Positions 35,326 to 48,751 are shown, numbered from the stretch's first letter. The stretch: DNA of 64,000 nt from Chlorokybus atmophyticus (GCA_009103225.1 RHPI01002090.1:60625-124624), one strand, 5' to 3'. The notes: generated by a model not told the origin, from the sequence alone. Numbers and translations are program-made.

Positions 35326-38300
35326 TCATTGCCTTGCACCACCTCTGCCAGCGCCAGAAAACTTCAACCCTTGCTTCGCTGTGGATATTACGACAGCATC
35401 TACGCCTGCAACCAAGAGCATAACATAAATACCCGAACTACTAAACGTAGCTTTGATTTAGTCAACATATCATGCATACGCATCACACAAACACCACAGC
35501 GGCATACCTTGACCTGGGCGTCTCAAGAGCAGACCATTCTCAGTCTTGGCTGGAGTGCAAGGCCCAACAGAAAGCAGCAATGGTGGTGGCGTATTGCGTC
35601 CAGGTCTCGGTTTGTCGCATCGTTCAACCTCTGCCATATCGTACTCTTCCATTGGGAAGTTGGTCACAGCATCACGGCCTCGAAACTTGATGGCGGCTCG
35701 GTCATATGCCCTTGCTGCCTCCTCCTCTGCAAATTGCAAGCATGCCGGTAAGCATGAGCACTGGCAAATGCGACCAGGCTAGCAACCATGTGTTGATGCT
35801 GCTCACCAGTATCATAGTAGCCGAGATGGACATCCCGGCGGGCTTCCTTAATGCGAGCCTGCCATCGTCCATGGTGTGGAGTTATGCCGCGAAATCTAGA
35901 ACTCGATCTTTGAGAGCGTGCAACAGGGATGTACGGCGCGGGGCTGGAGGTGCCTGCGGGGCCACTGGCACCCTGAGAGCCCTGTGGTGTGCGTGCGGCG
36001 GGAAGAGGTGGGCGTTCAGGCTTGGTGGTTTGGGGAATGGAGCGGACATCTACCCGGACGTTCGTGCGTAGCGATTCGACAAGCTGCTCCGTGGTCAACC
36101 GCGGTTCTAGATGCACCTGCATTTGCTGGGGGGAAGGAGGCGGGGGCGAGGGTTGCTGGTAAGGAATCGCTGTCATGATGGTTGGAGGGCCTGCCGTCTC
36201 AGAGCTTGGCAGTCCCCCTTGTTCCGCTACCCTGCGAAACCCTTGCTGCCGGCCAGCGTCCACGCCGATGGACGGCGCCACTCCCCTGGCGACCATGCCT
36301 CCATCTGTTGCCGGCTGTTGCCATTGCGGAGGTGGACAATACTGCATGGGCACCATGCTCGGGCCAGCCACCATGCAAGCGCGCGCCATACTGGCATCCA
36401 TGGGGCCAAGTGTTGGAGGCGTCGTAACAGTGTGATCTGTCACAGGCCAACTCAGTCAATATAGAGGGACATAAGTGCATGCAAACGCCTGTCAACAGAA
36501 TGCAGGCGTTGTACCACTCACCATGACTGCAGGGCGCCATGAGCATGCCATTTTCGCTTTTTGATGGAGTGCATGGGCTGACCGCATGGAACGCTGTGGG
36601 AGCGGGAAGCATGGCGTGTCGCATGTTGGGAGCTAGGGTGTAATTGCAGTTGGGGACATGGGGCATTGACATCAGGGTGACTTGCGCGGCTCCCATCGGA
36701 TGGTCAGGCCAAGCCTGCATGGGTCTGCTCATGGCACTGACTGGGCAGCAGCCATACCAGCGGTATGCATGTGTGTCTGGGGGATACGAGTGCCATGAGG
36801 GTGCTTGTGCAATGGAGGAAGGAGTTGATGATGATGATGCTTGCGGGCGCGCGTCGGCTGAGCAGGTATGCCCACGCTTTGGCTGTCCGCATTTACTGCA
36901 TTTGTACAGTCCTCGTGATGCACCTGTTGAACCAACACTTTCGCTATCATCGGCCTTGCGCTTCAAGCTGTCAGCAGCAGTGGACACAGCCGCAGCTGCA
37001 GCAGACGCAGACGCAGCCGCAGCAGCTTTGCGTGCTGAGGTTTCCCGCCCTGTCGGCCGTGGTCTCTCTGCCGTGACGCGCTCAATCTGAGTCAAGTCAT
37101 AGTCCTCAATTGGGTAATTGGTCACAGCATCGCGTCCCCGAAACTTGATGGCTGCACAATCGTACGCTTTGGCCGCTTCCTCCTCTGCAAACAAGCCAGC
37201 ATCAGATTGACATTGCCACCTTATGGTCTCTAAGGTGACAATCATGGTAAGTTGCGCTGGGATGACGAAAGAAAGACACGGCTGTTGTGCCTTGTTAGGG
37301 TTGCTAGGGTTAGGGCAAACAAGATGGGTTTGCTCTAACCCTAACAAAGCATATACGAGCAAGCATCTGTTATGCAACATAACACTAGATAACAGATGGC
37401 TAAGTAACAATAATGCTGTACTGTTGGCTGCAATATTGCTTGCCAGCAATTGGCTGCGGCCTGAGCAGCTAGGCTGTGCTCACATTCTGAACGCACACGA
37501 CAAGCAATTGCACCGGTATACGAGGATGCACACTGTACGCTACGTTACGATAGCAACTGTTTCTCTCATGTGGAAAATTGACTTACGAGCATGTCACCGT
37601 CCAGTTACGGACATGACCTGTCCAATTGAGCAACTATGGCAGCAAAGAACTGCAACGGATGCAAGTAAATCAAAGCATGCTGGACACTGCAGTTGTACGA
37701 ACTCTTGGTTGAGCATAAACAGTGCATGCTCAGTGCAGACAGGGCACTAAACTAGGCAATCGTCCAGTTGGCAAGGGTTTGGGTGTGACAGTCAGGTGCG
37801 GCAAGCAACAATATGCGAGTCATCTACTTGCTGAACAGCAGAGCATGCTCAGCATTGCAACAACTGCAGTCAACATGTTGTACAGCAGTCATGCCAATCA
37901 CAAACCCTAAGACAGCAAGAAGCCTAATTGCAAGACCAGCTCTGCAAAGCATGGTGGTCACGGATGCCGACTACTGGCCTGTGGACGCTCAGATCAACGC
38001 AGCTGTAGCAACTGCCAGATCAAAGCTAGCCATTGGGCAGGCTGTTTCGCGGCAACTGACTGACTGATCGCAAGTTCAGCTCGTAGATCAGGCGGCTTCT
38101 CATGTCTGATCTATGAGCTGAACTTTACAAGGACACGACAGAGCCAGCATACCTGTGTCGTAATAGCCGAGATGGACGTCTCTGCGAGCTTCCTTGATGC
38201 GGGCCTGCCATCGGCCGTGATGGGGTGTAATCCCACGGAAGCGGGAGCTGGAGCGCTGTGCACGCTGGGCGACGGGAGCAGTTGTGGTAGGGGCGGGCGT

Positions 38301-38867
38301 GGATGTGCCAGCTGGACCGCTGGCGCCCTGCGAGGCCTGAGGTGTGCCTGCGCCTGCGCCTGCAGGAGGCTGCAGGGGCCGCTCGCAGCTGCTTCCTGCC
38401 GGCGTGGGCAGCGTGCGCACATCCACACGCCCACAGGACCTCAGCGACTCCACCAGCTGCTCCGTGGTGAAGCGGGGGCCATACTGGTACTGCTGATGTG
38501 GATGTTGCTGCTGCTGCTGCTCGGCTTGCAGTGGAGCAGGTCCGGCTTCAGATCCCAGCTGACCAGCAGGACCAGCACAGTCTACAACCCTCCGAAACCC
38601 TTGTTGCTGTTGCTGTTGCTGCTGCTGCTGCTGTTGCTGCAGCTGGTGTTGCTCCAGCAGCTGCTGGTGGTACAGCTGCTGCTGCTGCTCAGCCGCCGCA
38701 GCAGCGTCTACAGCCATGGCTGAGCCGAGCGCAGCTCGTCTGGCCATCACCATCTCCTGCCACTGCGCAGGCATGATGCAGTAGCCCTGCGGCATTGCCG
38801 TGACCGCGGTCCCGGCAACCGCCGCCCCTGCCGCCACCGCCGCCGCCGCCGCCGTGGCGTGCGCCAT
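35326..38867 (-). CDS. Transcription factor with two AP2/ERF domains in duplicated modules, Q-rich regions and a CxxC-x5-HxC knuckle
   Basis: Exons 38153-38867, 36522-37184, 35807-36436, 35508-35726 and 35326-35405 join in frame. [32 protein letters not shown]|EEEAA(K/R)AYD(C/R)[13 protein letters not shown](Y/F)P occurs twice. Confidence 0.83.
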
Positions 38868-38935
38868 GGTTGAGTTATTCTCTCATTTCTCAGCAGTTTT
38901 GACATTCTGCCTGTCGCCCGCAGCTGGCAGAAAAG

Positions 38936-39009
38936 AAACCCTAATTCCTCTCTACTCGCCGCGCGTCACGTCGCGTGTCTCGAGTCACGATCGTAACCTA
39001 AAACCCTAA
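38936..39009 (+). promoter_or_regulatory. Two telo-box-like AAACCCTAA motifs upstream of the AP2 gene
   Basis: Exact motifs at 38936-38944 and 39001-39009. Confidence 0.3.
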
Positions 39010-40659
39010 CCAGAGGCGGCGTTACTCCCGCCAAGCCGAGACACGCTCCAGCCGGTCTGTAGCAGTTAAGCCCCCGGTGACGTAATCACACGGTACACAC
39101 CCACCTCCTCTCGCACCCAGTACCGAACCACCCCCCTACGTTACACTGTAACGTGACCCAAGCCTGCGACGCGCCCCTGTGGCATGCCCCGCGCGCCGCT
39201 GCAAAAAGCTCGATTGTAGGCGACGCTGATTGGCGGCTTTTAACGACGCGCGCTACCCGTACTAAACGCCCCGCCAAAAGTGCTGTACGATCACGGTGTC
39301 CTCGTATCATATACTATGATTGAGACGCGCACCGCGCGCGACACGCAACCACCTCTGTGCGAGTTGCCGTACGTACGCCTATAGTGCACCGGCTCGCACG
39401 TGCAACACACATGCAAACGGCGAACCTTCTAGAGGAAGATTGGCATGTAGACTTACCTGTAAACGGCTTGCGACCACCTGTTGTTGTTGTTGTTGTTGTA
39501 TTCCAATGCGGCATTGACGTGTGAAGAAACCAACGCTGATGCTCTGCGTGGTAAGCATATTGCGCTTAGGGTTGGGGTGGTTGTAGCAGTCTACCTGTAA
39601 CAGAGTACTTGACGTGCTGTTGGGGTGTGTGGTAGCTGGTAGACTGTTATGTTATGGTAGACTGCTAATAGTAGTCGTGGGGAAGCCAGATTAAGTACCG
39701 GATCAACGCAGGGATGGACACATGCACATCGGTTGCAGATAGTGAAACAACTTACTAACATGGCAGCATGGTAACCACACTACGTGATAACCTCGTTACC
39801 TTCATATCAAGTACCAAAGATTGATGTGAACAACGTGCCATGGTGAAGCGTGGAGCTGGCAGGTGAAAGTGCTAACCTTGCCCTTGCCTGCTCCATTCTT
39901 GACTGTTCTATTGCGGCCTACTGGCTTGTTAGTGGTCCCCCGGCAGCATGGTAGCCATAGGAGCTGTCGAGACCAAATAGATTGTGCGAGAATGACAAGA
40001 ACCATGCGCAACTGGTTGAAGAAACAGTGGCTGGTAGCAATACAACTTGTTGCATTCGGCAGCTGTGTGTCGGCTAAGGGACGACTGCGCATGGCAAATG
40101 TCACAAGACCCTGAGACTCTGGGTGGTGTTGTTTGCCAATGTGCTCGCCTGATGCATGTGTTGTTGGTGTACACACAACTTGGGTGCGCAGAGTGCTGCA
40201 GCTGCAGCGTGTCCCCGTCATATTGGGCAGTCCAACAACCTGGAGCTGTCAATTGCTGAAGAACTGGCTTTTTAAGATGATATCTGGATACCTGTGTTAC
40301 CCTGCTGCAAAGCAATGCAGCAATGTTATTGGAAAGGTGGCAAGTAGTATGTTCAGTAGGCACCTCTGTGCCATGGCACAGAGCCTCTGTGACTCGGCAT
40401 GCTTGCAATGCACAGAGCGGAGCCACATGCAAAGCAACAACCACCAGCATAGCTGATTGGCAGCAGACACGGACAACAACTGGATAACAACAGCTCTTTG
40501 ACTCATCTGAGTCATGTCACAGTCCAGAATTTGTATTCCAGCACAAAGAGCCCACCACGTGCTGAACTTCTCTACTGCCCCATCCAATAATAACTCACCG
40601 ACGTTATGCACAGACTACTCCGACACTATCAGGATATCCACTAGACCTAACGTCCCTGC

Positions 40660-43600
40660 CTACCTCTGCACCCAATCCGCAATGCTCCGCTGCCCCCTAT
40701 CCCTCTTCTCCCACTTGTTGCTGCTGTTCCCGCCACCCCCGCGTCCCCCGCGCCCACTCACCCTCCCAACATTCCTACCACCGTGCCCACCGCCACGACC
40801 ACCACCACCACCGCCACCCCCAAACTTCAACGGTACCACAGGCTCCACGTAGTTCGCATCAGGACCTGTTGAGGGGAATACAGTCAGGTCACTGTGTGTG
40901 CACGATTGTACACATGTCTCTGTAACTGCGCATGTGCGTGCGTGTGCGGGAGCGTGTGTGTGCGCACACACACTGCAAGCCAGATTTTGTCAAATGTGAC
41001 AAAAATGAGCCATAAAGGGAGTAATCCATCTACCTTTGAGGATGATGCCGTAGCGCTGTTGTTCCTCCGGTGTGAGTCTATACGGGCTGTGTCGTAGTGA
41101 TGGTGGCACGTTGGCCAGCGGTGGTATCCAGTGCGCAACATAGGCGCCATCCGAGTCGTAGTTGGAAGCCTGTTTGGGGATGGAGAAGTAGCGGTCCTCT
41201 CTTGGGTCCGTCCCCACGCCCGCGCCGTACGTCCAGTTGCCGTAGTTGGAGTGCGGGTCGTAGTCAAGGAGACAGGTCTCGAACCACTCCGCACCCATAC
41301 GCCAGTCAAGACCCATGTCACGAGTCAAAAAGGAGCAGACGATCTGGAAACAGGGTGACATCCTTTCAACCTCATGCAAGGGAGTGACACACATGCACCC
41401 AAGCACAAACATGGCCCACACCAAAACTGGATATAGTTACCTGTCTGCCTCTGTTGCTCATGTACCCAGTTTCCTTGAGTTCCCTCATGTTCGCATCCAC
41501 AAGCGGGTACCTGCGTGTACCGAGTTAAGCAACCACTCACCAACATTCTCACACCCCACACAGAGTCAGTCACAACACCCCACTCCTGCCTACCCAGTCA
41601 TGCCGTCGCGCCACGCGGCAAACATCACGTCGTCCCGTCGCCACTCCTTGCCCTGAGTGACGTGCCGCGGCCCGTGGAGGCGGAAGAGCGAGTCGCCCAC
41701 GCGCTCGGCGAGGAAGCGGAAATAGTCGCGCCAGATCAGCTCAAACAGGAGCCAGTAGGTGGAGTCGTTCGCAACACGCTCCTTCTCATACCTCTTCACC
41801 TGAGATGTTAAAGTAGTCGTTGAGCTATGATGCCTCTCATTAACATGCAGCTAACATGCAGAAAGACAACCCCATCTGCATACTAAACTACGATGGGCTA
41901 TGTTGGTCCTTGCATTACTGACTCCGGCAAAAAGCTTGCTGACTTGTACTACACTGAGCGTTGGACTACACCTGGCTTCAAAATTTGTACCATACTGCAC
42001 TCAAGCGTTGCCCTGTGCTGTGCACTACACGCCGCACGCACCTCACTGTGAATGAGTCGCGGCGATATGCACCCATGCGCCAGCCACGGCGAGAACTTGG
42101 AGCTATAGTCCGCTCCCAGCATCCCATTCCTGGTATGCTTGTACTCCTTCAAGCAATCCTTATCCCAAAAATAATGCTTCATCCTCGCCAGCGCGACGCT
42201 CTCCCCGCCCCGGAACTCCAGCACACCCTTCGGGTCGCCCTTCTGGTCCTCCTGACCCGGGCAGAGGTCCGATATGGAGGGGATAACACCCATGTCGAGG
42301 CCGGATGGAAGTTGTGCTAATGCCACAGGTGTAGGTAGCGGGTCGCGGATCCGGCTACGGGACTCCACGGACTGCGCAAAGATATGTCCATTAAGGGAAA
42401 GGAAGAGAGTGGGTGACTGAGTCTGTGCAAGTGCGCGTGGCTGCGTGTGTTTATGCGCGCGCGCATCCGTGCGGGTATGTGTGTCTATGTGTGTGCACAT
42501 GCCTTGCGGAAGCTGGTGTAGACGTCGGGGACGTGGTTGAAGTCAAAGGGCAGGTCGTCCGCATGGTACATGGTTCCGCCCCATATCAACTCCAGCTTCA
42601 CCCCAATCCTGACAGAACACAGCACCCCATTAGCCCCAACCCTCTACCACTCACCAACTCAACTGCACTGACACTCACTTGGCAAGCTCCCTGCGCAGGT
42701 TGCGCTCGACAGCGAGCTCTTCAGCGCAAGTCTCTTTCTGGGCATAAACACGGGCAGCGCCGACCTCACGCGCAAGGAGGGGGAGCACCTCCTCAGGCCG
42801 ACCCACGCGCACGAGTAAGTCCGATCCACGCTCGCGCAACCGATCACGAAGGTCCTCCACACTCTCAAGGATAAACCTCGCCCTCAACACTGATGCAAAG
42901 CATCCCACTGTTAGTATATTGTATCACTACCAAAGTAGTACCATATCACTTGCCTCCTGTTTTTGGCATGTGGAATGCGTGTGTTGTGGCCGATCCGAAG
43001 ATGCGCGGGTCGAAGCAGTAGGTAGGTAGGAGGGAGGGAGTGGAGGCGGAGTTGGACCCTGAGCCTGGCGCCGAGGAGGCAGCCACCACGGCGTCGTGGG
43101 CGGCCACCAGAGCGCCGTTGTCGTGCACGCGCAGGTCGTTTCTGGGGTAGGATGGTTGTCAGTGCATGCATGCTTGAAATCGGGTAGCACGACTATTATG
43201 ACGCTTCCATTACAGCCTGTAGTCACTCCATGAGCAGTGAAAGCAAAGCTAAGGCTGTCGTGGTGTTCTGTTAAGAAAAGCGCTGCTGATATGTTGTATC
43301 TGCGACTCAGTCAAGCAAAGTATACTGAGCACCGATCCGATGTTGAACGCAAGAAAACGTCCTAGACGCGGACTCGCATGCATGTGCTCACGCGAACAGT
43401 TGTAGGCGCACTCACAACTACTAAACCTCGTAATTGCAACAAACAACAACCACGTAGTTCAACTCATTGAACCTACTTACTTGAACCATACTATGGCTGT
43501 GCTCCTGCTCGCCCCGCTGCCGCCCGCTCCCCCGCCGCCGGCGGCCGCCATGCTGGTGACTCTCCTGCTGCTATTGACGCCGTTACCTCCGCCGCCAACC

Positions 43601-43686
43601 CTCGCTACCCGGAACCTCACGAGACACAGCTCCTGCCCTACGCCGCCTAGACGCCACGCGGAAAGCGGGCACCGCAGGACCCGCAT
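40660..43686 (-). CDS. CRY3: Cryptochrome DASH (photolyase family) with probable transit peptide and Gly/Arg-rich tail
   Basis: IVWFK|[150 protein letters not shown]. Confidence 0.93.
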
Positions 43687-43842
43687 ACCAAGCCAACGTC
43701 GCCGCCACCGCCGCCGCCGCCGGTTTCACTGCGTCAGGTAGAGTGCATTACGTGTTACCAACTTCAGGTAGAGAATCACAATTGAGAGTCAGTGAATCAG
43801 TCAATGGAAGGGCAACTAAAATGCTGGAGGCTTATCGATGGC

Positions 43843-43904
43843 CACGTGGACGCGCTCAGACAAAGTGAGAGTGTAACTCGGCGCGGGGTCGGAGGGGTCA
43901 CGTG
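43843..43904. promoter_or_regulatory. G-box motifs (CACGTG x2) upstream of CRY-DASH
   Basis: CACGTG at 43843-43848 and 43899-43904, about 160-220 bp upstream of the ATG; light-response role is inferred only. Confidence 0.3.
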
Positions 43905-44806
43905 ACCAGTCAGCAGTTTGGCGGGAGATCTTTGAGATACGACGCGAGCAGCGGATACGGTGCTGGCAGCGGCCCGGACACGTAACCGAACGGACACGCT
44001 GCTTTGTCTTAGAGTCGACGTCACCAAGAGCTTATCCCAACTTCATGAAGCAAAGATAACCAATTAAAACCACACTGTCTTCGCCCATTTTGCCGTAAAC
44101 ATCTTGCATGATTGATTTCTGATAATATAATAATAATTTTTCTGGGCGTTGTCAGTGGTTGCCTTTTATTCGCATAGTCTGAAATACGCACAAAGGTGCA
44201 GTGCACATGATAAGTTGTCGTTTTATATCTATTGATTTCGTAAATAATTAATATATTGAAGTGCGTTTAAGGTTTGTTTATGCCTCTATACATATATACA
44301 CATCATCGATCAGGGTAGTTGCTTGACACATTATAGGTGTAAATGTAACACGTTATGTGCTCATGTGCACACTAACAGCATCAATCATGATGTCATGTTG
44401 CATCATATTAGATGAGCGTTTGTGAATGGCATGAAAACGAAGTGCGCAATTTCTTACATGTACCCAATCATTGTACTTACCGCTTGTAGATTTTGTCTCA
44501 ATATTGTTAACAATTGAGCGTTTTACAAGTCATCTGTTCAAGATATTGTTTAATAGTAAATGCATCAAACTCGGATGTATGAACTGCAAATTTCACATTG
44601 CAATGCTTGTATCAGAGCATTATTGGTAAGCTTATAAAGCAAATCATATGCATTGACCCCAAGACCGTCTTGATAGCATGTACGAAACAGCATGCACGCC
44701 ATGCATGATTGCAAATAAGTATGCATGCGCCAAATGCATTGAACATGATTACGCATCAAGTGCATGTGTGAACATCACATGGGTCATGTTAACTCAAAAC
44801 ATCAAT

Positions 44807-47390
44807 TCAATCTTCGCTCCTTGTTGGCTTGGCCCGCCGCCCGAACGCCGCAGTTGGCTGAGCTTTGCCTCCTTTCAATGCAGCGGAATTTTTGCTCTTC
44901 TGGTCAGCGGCTTTGACGGCTTGCTGCTGCCGGCTGGTGAAGCTATGGTTACCACCCGCTGCCGGCACGACTCGCTCCGCACCACCCCTCTGAATGCGCA
45001 ACAGTATGTGTCACACCAGCAACTACATCATGGTACAATGCACACGTTCGCACTCTTACACATTCACACACACGCATGCACGCGCACGCGCACGCAAAGC
45101 GACCCTCGCACCCGTTGCTGATGGTGCTGTTGCTGTTGTTGTCGCCGTGGAGATGGCGCGAGGCCCTCTTGCCCCCGTCTCGGTGAAAGCGACCCGTGCT
45201 GATGCTGTTGTTGCTGTTGGTGGTGGTGATTGTTATGATGTTGTCGCTGCTGTCCCGCTTCAGGCGACGGCGCCCTCAGGAACTCCGACACGCTCGGTAT
45301 GGCCACAGAGGCCCCCAACATACCCGTGGTCCCCAACATGGCACCCTCGTCACCCGTCACCCCAAAGTCATCGTCCGGTATCATCGAAGTGTTTTTGGGC
45401 AGCATGCGCGAGGACACCAAGAACACGTCCATCGAGTCCAACCCAACATTGCCACCACCTGAGGGCGTCCGAGGCGTGCCCACAACCCTGCGAGGGTGTC
45501 GAGGCTGTTGTTGGGCTGTGTCCGACTCGTGTGGGCCCGCTCTCAACGACGCAACTGAGTCTCTTAGCAACAGGCTGTCCCCACTACGTCCGTACTGCCC
45601 TGCACGAACACATACGGGTGGTGTCATCATTTGTGGAGTGTACACGCTGCAACGGCATGCCTAGAGGGCGACACTCTAACTGATTACCTGCAAGCTGGCG
45701 CAGGGCTTTCGTGGTGTGCTGCAGCTCATCGTGCGCGTCACGGGACCCGCGCTGAGCCGCCAATCGCTCCATTTCTGCCGCCTGTGTGACACACAAGTAT
45801 ATCACACTCGCGTGCACACACACACACACACACACACGCACTCCTCCCCTTTCACCCCTCCCTCACCTGCGCGGCGATTCGTTCTCTTAGCTCCCTCTGC
45901 TCCCTCTGCATCCCCTCCAGCATCGCCGCCACCTCAGGGGGCACACCGCTAGAGCCCGACAGCGAGTGCGACTGGGCCGGGGGCTGCGCTGCTGCCGGGG
46001 GGACCAGCGGCGGGAAGTACACGCCTGAGTCTTGCGCCTGGATTGAAGGGTGAGTTGGTAGAATGATAGTGTTGTGATGAGGGGACTGGTAGTCGTTGTT
46101 TGGTCTCACCTTTGGAGCTCTGTGCTGCGTGTGGGAGGGGTTGTTGTCAATGTGCCGAGTGTGGCTGTGAATGGGGTTGAGGTTCGTGTTGGCTGGTGGG
46201 TATGGCCCGCTGTTGTTGTTGTTTTGTTGTTGTTGGTGGTGGTGGTAGTCTTGTGAGTACTGGTTGTTGTTTGCTGTGTACATGGCTTGCTCCAGCCTGC
46301 CTTGCCTTTCGTCCACCAACTAAAGGACGACAGTACACCGAGTCAAGCTTCAGCATAAGCACAGAACTACAGCAATGGTATCGACTATTAACTCATTTAC
46401 CTGCAACTGCGCAGGAGGGGGCATGTATGCACCCGCAGGTGCATACGCGCGCTGTATGTCCCTCGCTTCCTGCAATGCCAGGGTGGGATGAGCGTTGATG
46501 ATGTTGATAGCAATGCTGTTAGTTCTTGACGTATGCGTTCACGTGTTTCAGCGGATGAAGCCGCCGGTCGTTTACCTGTTCTTGCAGCTGGCGCTTGCGA
46601 GCAGCCTCCCTGTCCTTCTTCTCCCTCACCTGCTGCTCTGCACAAACACGGACACAGACACTACATCAAGTTGTTGTCTTTGCCAACCCACACTTGTTCT
46701 GTCCTCTGGTCTGGTCAGCCCTTAGCATACAAATCAGGTCCACCTACCAAGTTCCAGTGCATAGAGCCTTCTCTGTTCCGCCTTGCGCGCAGCTTCACTT
46801 GCAGACGGCCCCCCCATCAGCTCCGATACGCCCGCCATGAACACGTGCTGCGCATGCTGCTGAGCCTGCTGCTGCTGCTGCTGCTGTTGCTGCTGGTAGT
46901 AGTGCATTTGCTGTTGTTGTTGTTGTTGCTGTCTGTCAGGGTAGTGTCCGTGTGGTGGTTGTTGGTTGTAAGCGTACGGGTGAGCTTGGCGGTGGAGAGG
47001 GTGCTCGTGAGGGGGCCAGGAGGAGACGTCGTGAGAGCGGGGAGGGGGACCTGCCTGTAAGGGTTATGTGTTTGTGCGTGTGCACACGCAAACACAGAGG
47101 CATGCCCATGTACACTCGATCTCAAGTGTCCGTGCAGCACTCGTCGACACTTGCCTGGTATCCGGAGTTGGTGCGGTCGTGCAGCATCTGCTTCTGTTGT
47201 TGCATCTCATCTGCAAGCGACCAAGTTCACGGAAAGGTGTTGTGTGTCTCAGCTTGTGCAGCATCGACACAGATTTTTATGCGTTTAATGTAGTGCTGTT
47301 GAGCGCAAAAACCTTTGGTTCCCACCCTCCCTTTACCTAGGGTGTTTCTCCAGTCCTGCTGCTGCGGCTCAGCGCGCCAGTCCCCCCGCC
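44807..47390 (-). CDS. Low-complexity Q/H-rich coiled-coil protein with a CCDC66/CSPP1-like motif; start not resolved (probably extends toward about 48.1 kb)
   Basis: In-frame exon chain including ARKAEQRRLYALEL|EQQVREKKDREAARKRQLQEQ and MLEGMQREQRELRERIAAQ, ending ...KPTRSED* at 44807. The family assignment rests on a single short motif. Confidence 0.55.
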
Positions 47391-48516
47391 CTATGAACAA
47401 TCACTGTTTAAAAACAAGAGAGATTCCTTGCCTATGCACTGCAACAGCAGCATGCACACATGTGTGACTACTGAGCCTGAAGAACACTGTGAGCGCCTGT
47501 TCATAGCAACATCACAAAAGAAGCAAAGCTTCAAGTCGTTATCTCTACTTATCACGCTGTAAGAGTTTACCTACTAACAGCTATCCCATTACAGATGCAC
47601 CTATGTGGCCAAATCAACAAACATCAAGACTTCAGGTAAACTGCCTACGTGCTGCCTAAGACACAGCCACATCACTGACCTCGCATGTTGCGCGGCGCCA
47701 CCATTGTTCCAGCTTCTCAAGTCTTTAGTCCATGACACCTTGTGTGTGGAGTCTACGCTGCTGATGGTCCTGACCCATGCCTGTCCTCATTACCTACTGC
47801 AGTCATCAACCACACCGTCCTGTATGCAGCATTATCGACACAGCTGTGTTTGTGTTTTAGTCCCTGGTGTATGTTCAACCATCACCCCTGGCCGGGTTAG
47901 GCCCCACTGTCCGACAGGCCAAGCACTTCCTATACACGGCTATGCACCTATCAATCACCACCAAGGCCTGGCAAAAGTATGCCACTACCCTAACTCTTCT
48001 GTTTGTTCAGGTGGTAGCCAGATATCTGCCGCCTGTCGCCCTGAGAGAGAGGTGGGGCCACACCGCCACTCAGCTGCTGGATTTAGCAGAGCGCGTGCGC
48101 GACGCCCACGTGGCCGGCTGGACGGAGCGGGTCACGTGATCTCCCGCGCGCGAGCGTGATGCGTAATGCGTGATGCGTCACGGCAAGGGTCAGGCGCGCG
48201 CCTATTAGGTGTTAAACAACACCATCACATAACCGCATGATGAACACTACCCTGGTACTGCCCTGTAATGAGCAGGCGATTGTGTACTGCATTGCGAACT
48301 AATTTGTAATGAATGTGTGCATAGCACACTAAGTTGCATGTTTTGAAAATTTCATGTGCAGAAACTGATGCATGCTACCGCATGCGGACGGAACACAGTC
48401 AACTGACACAAGAGGCAAGTTATAGAAGAAGGATAGCAAGGGTGACACCGGGATTATTAAGCAAGCATAAGACATAAGCCCAACGAGCGGTGCGGCTGAT
48501 GGGGCGGGATTGGGGC

Positions 48517-48751
48517 GGCCGGCCGGCCTGGAGGCCGGCATTAGGGCACAAAGACACATCACGCGCACTGAGGGCCATCATATACGGCACCCGAGACTAC
48601 TTGCCTGCCGCGCATACCGAGCAGCCCGCCTGCCTCTCATTGGCTATGCGACGTTTATCAGCTATCGGCCATTCGATTTGTGTTAAACAAATCGATACCT
48701 TCCAAAGCACATCCCCATATCGTGCAATTGCACAAAGTATATGCGAATGAA
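48517..48751 (+). repeat. Diverged direct repeat of 49937-50157, containing a CCAAT-box-like CTCATTGGCTA
   Basis: Shared anchors GGCCGGCCGGCCT, GCCATCA...ACGGCACCCG, CTCATTGGCTA, TCCAAAGCACATCC. Confidence 0.65.

Noticed and set aside
37335-37345. Telomerase RNA template (CTAACCCTAAC), tempting given the nearby WRAP53/TCAB1 gene
   Set aside because: The template would be sequestered by its own upstream complement. No USE/TATA Pol III promoter or pseudoknot is evident, and gene neighbourhood is not informative in eukaryotes.
36199-37449. 416-aa single-exon ORF
   Set aside because: Its first part is intron sequence, the true exon is 36522-37184 and the tail reads out of frame across module 2.
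39050-40600. Possible second spliced non-coding host or gene between AP2 and CRY-DASH
   Set aside because: A few splice-like sites are present, but I found no convincing C/D or H/ACA structure and no coherent ORF.
40660-40830. RGG-rich CRY-DASH tail as a novel domain
   Set aside because: Basic Gly/Arg-rich C-termini are not unexpected in CRY-DASH proteins, and it is low-complexity sequence.
46795-46830. Apparent frameshift in the coiled-coil gene at a G homopolymer
   Set aside because: Recounting gives seven G, which keeps the Q-rich frame continuous into SASEAARKAEQRR.
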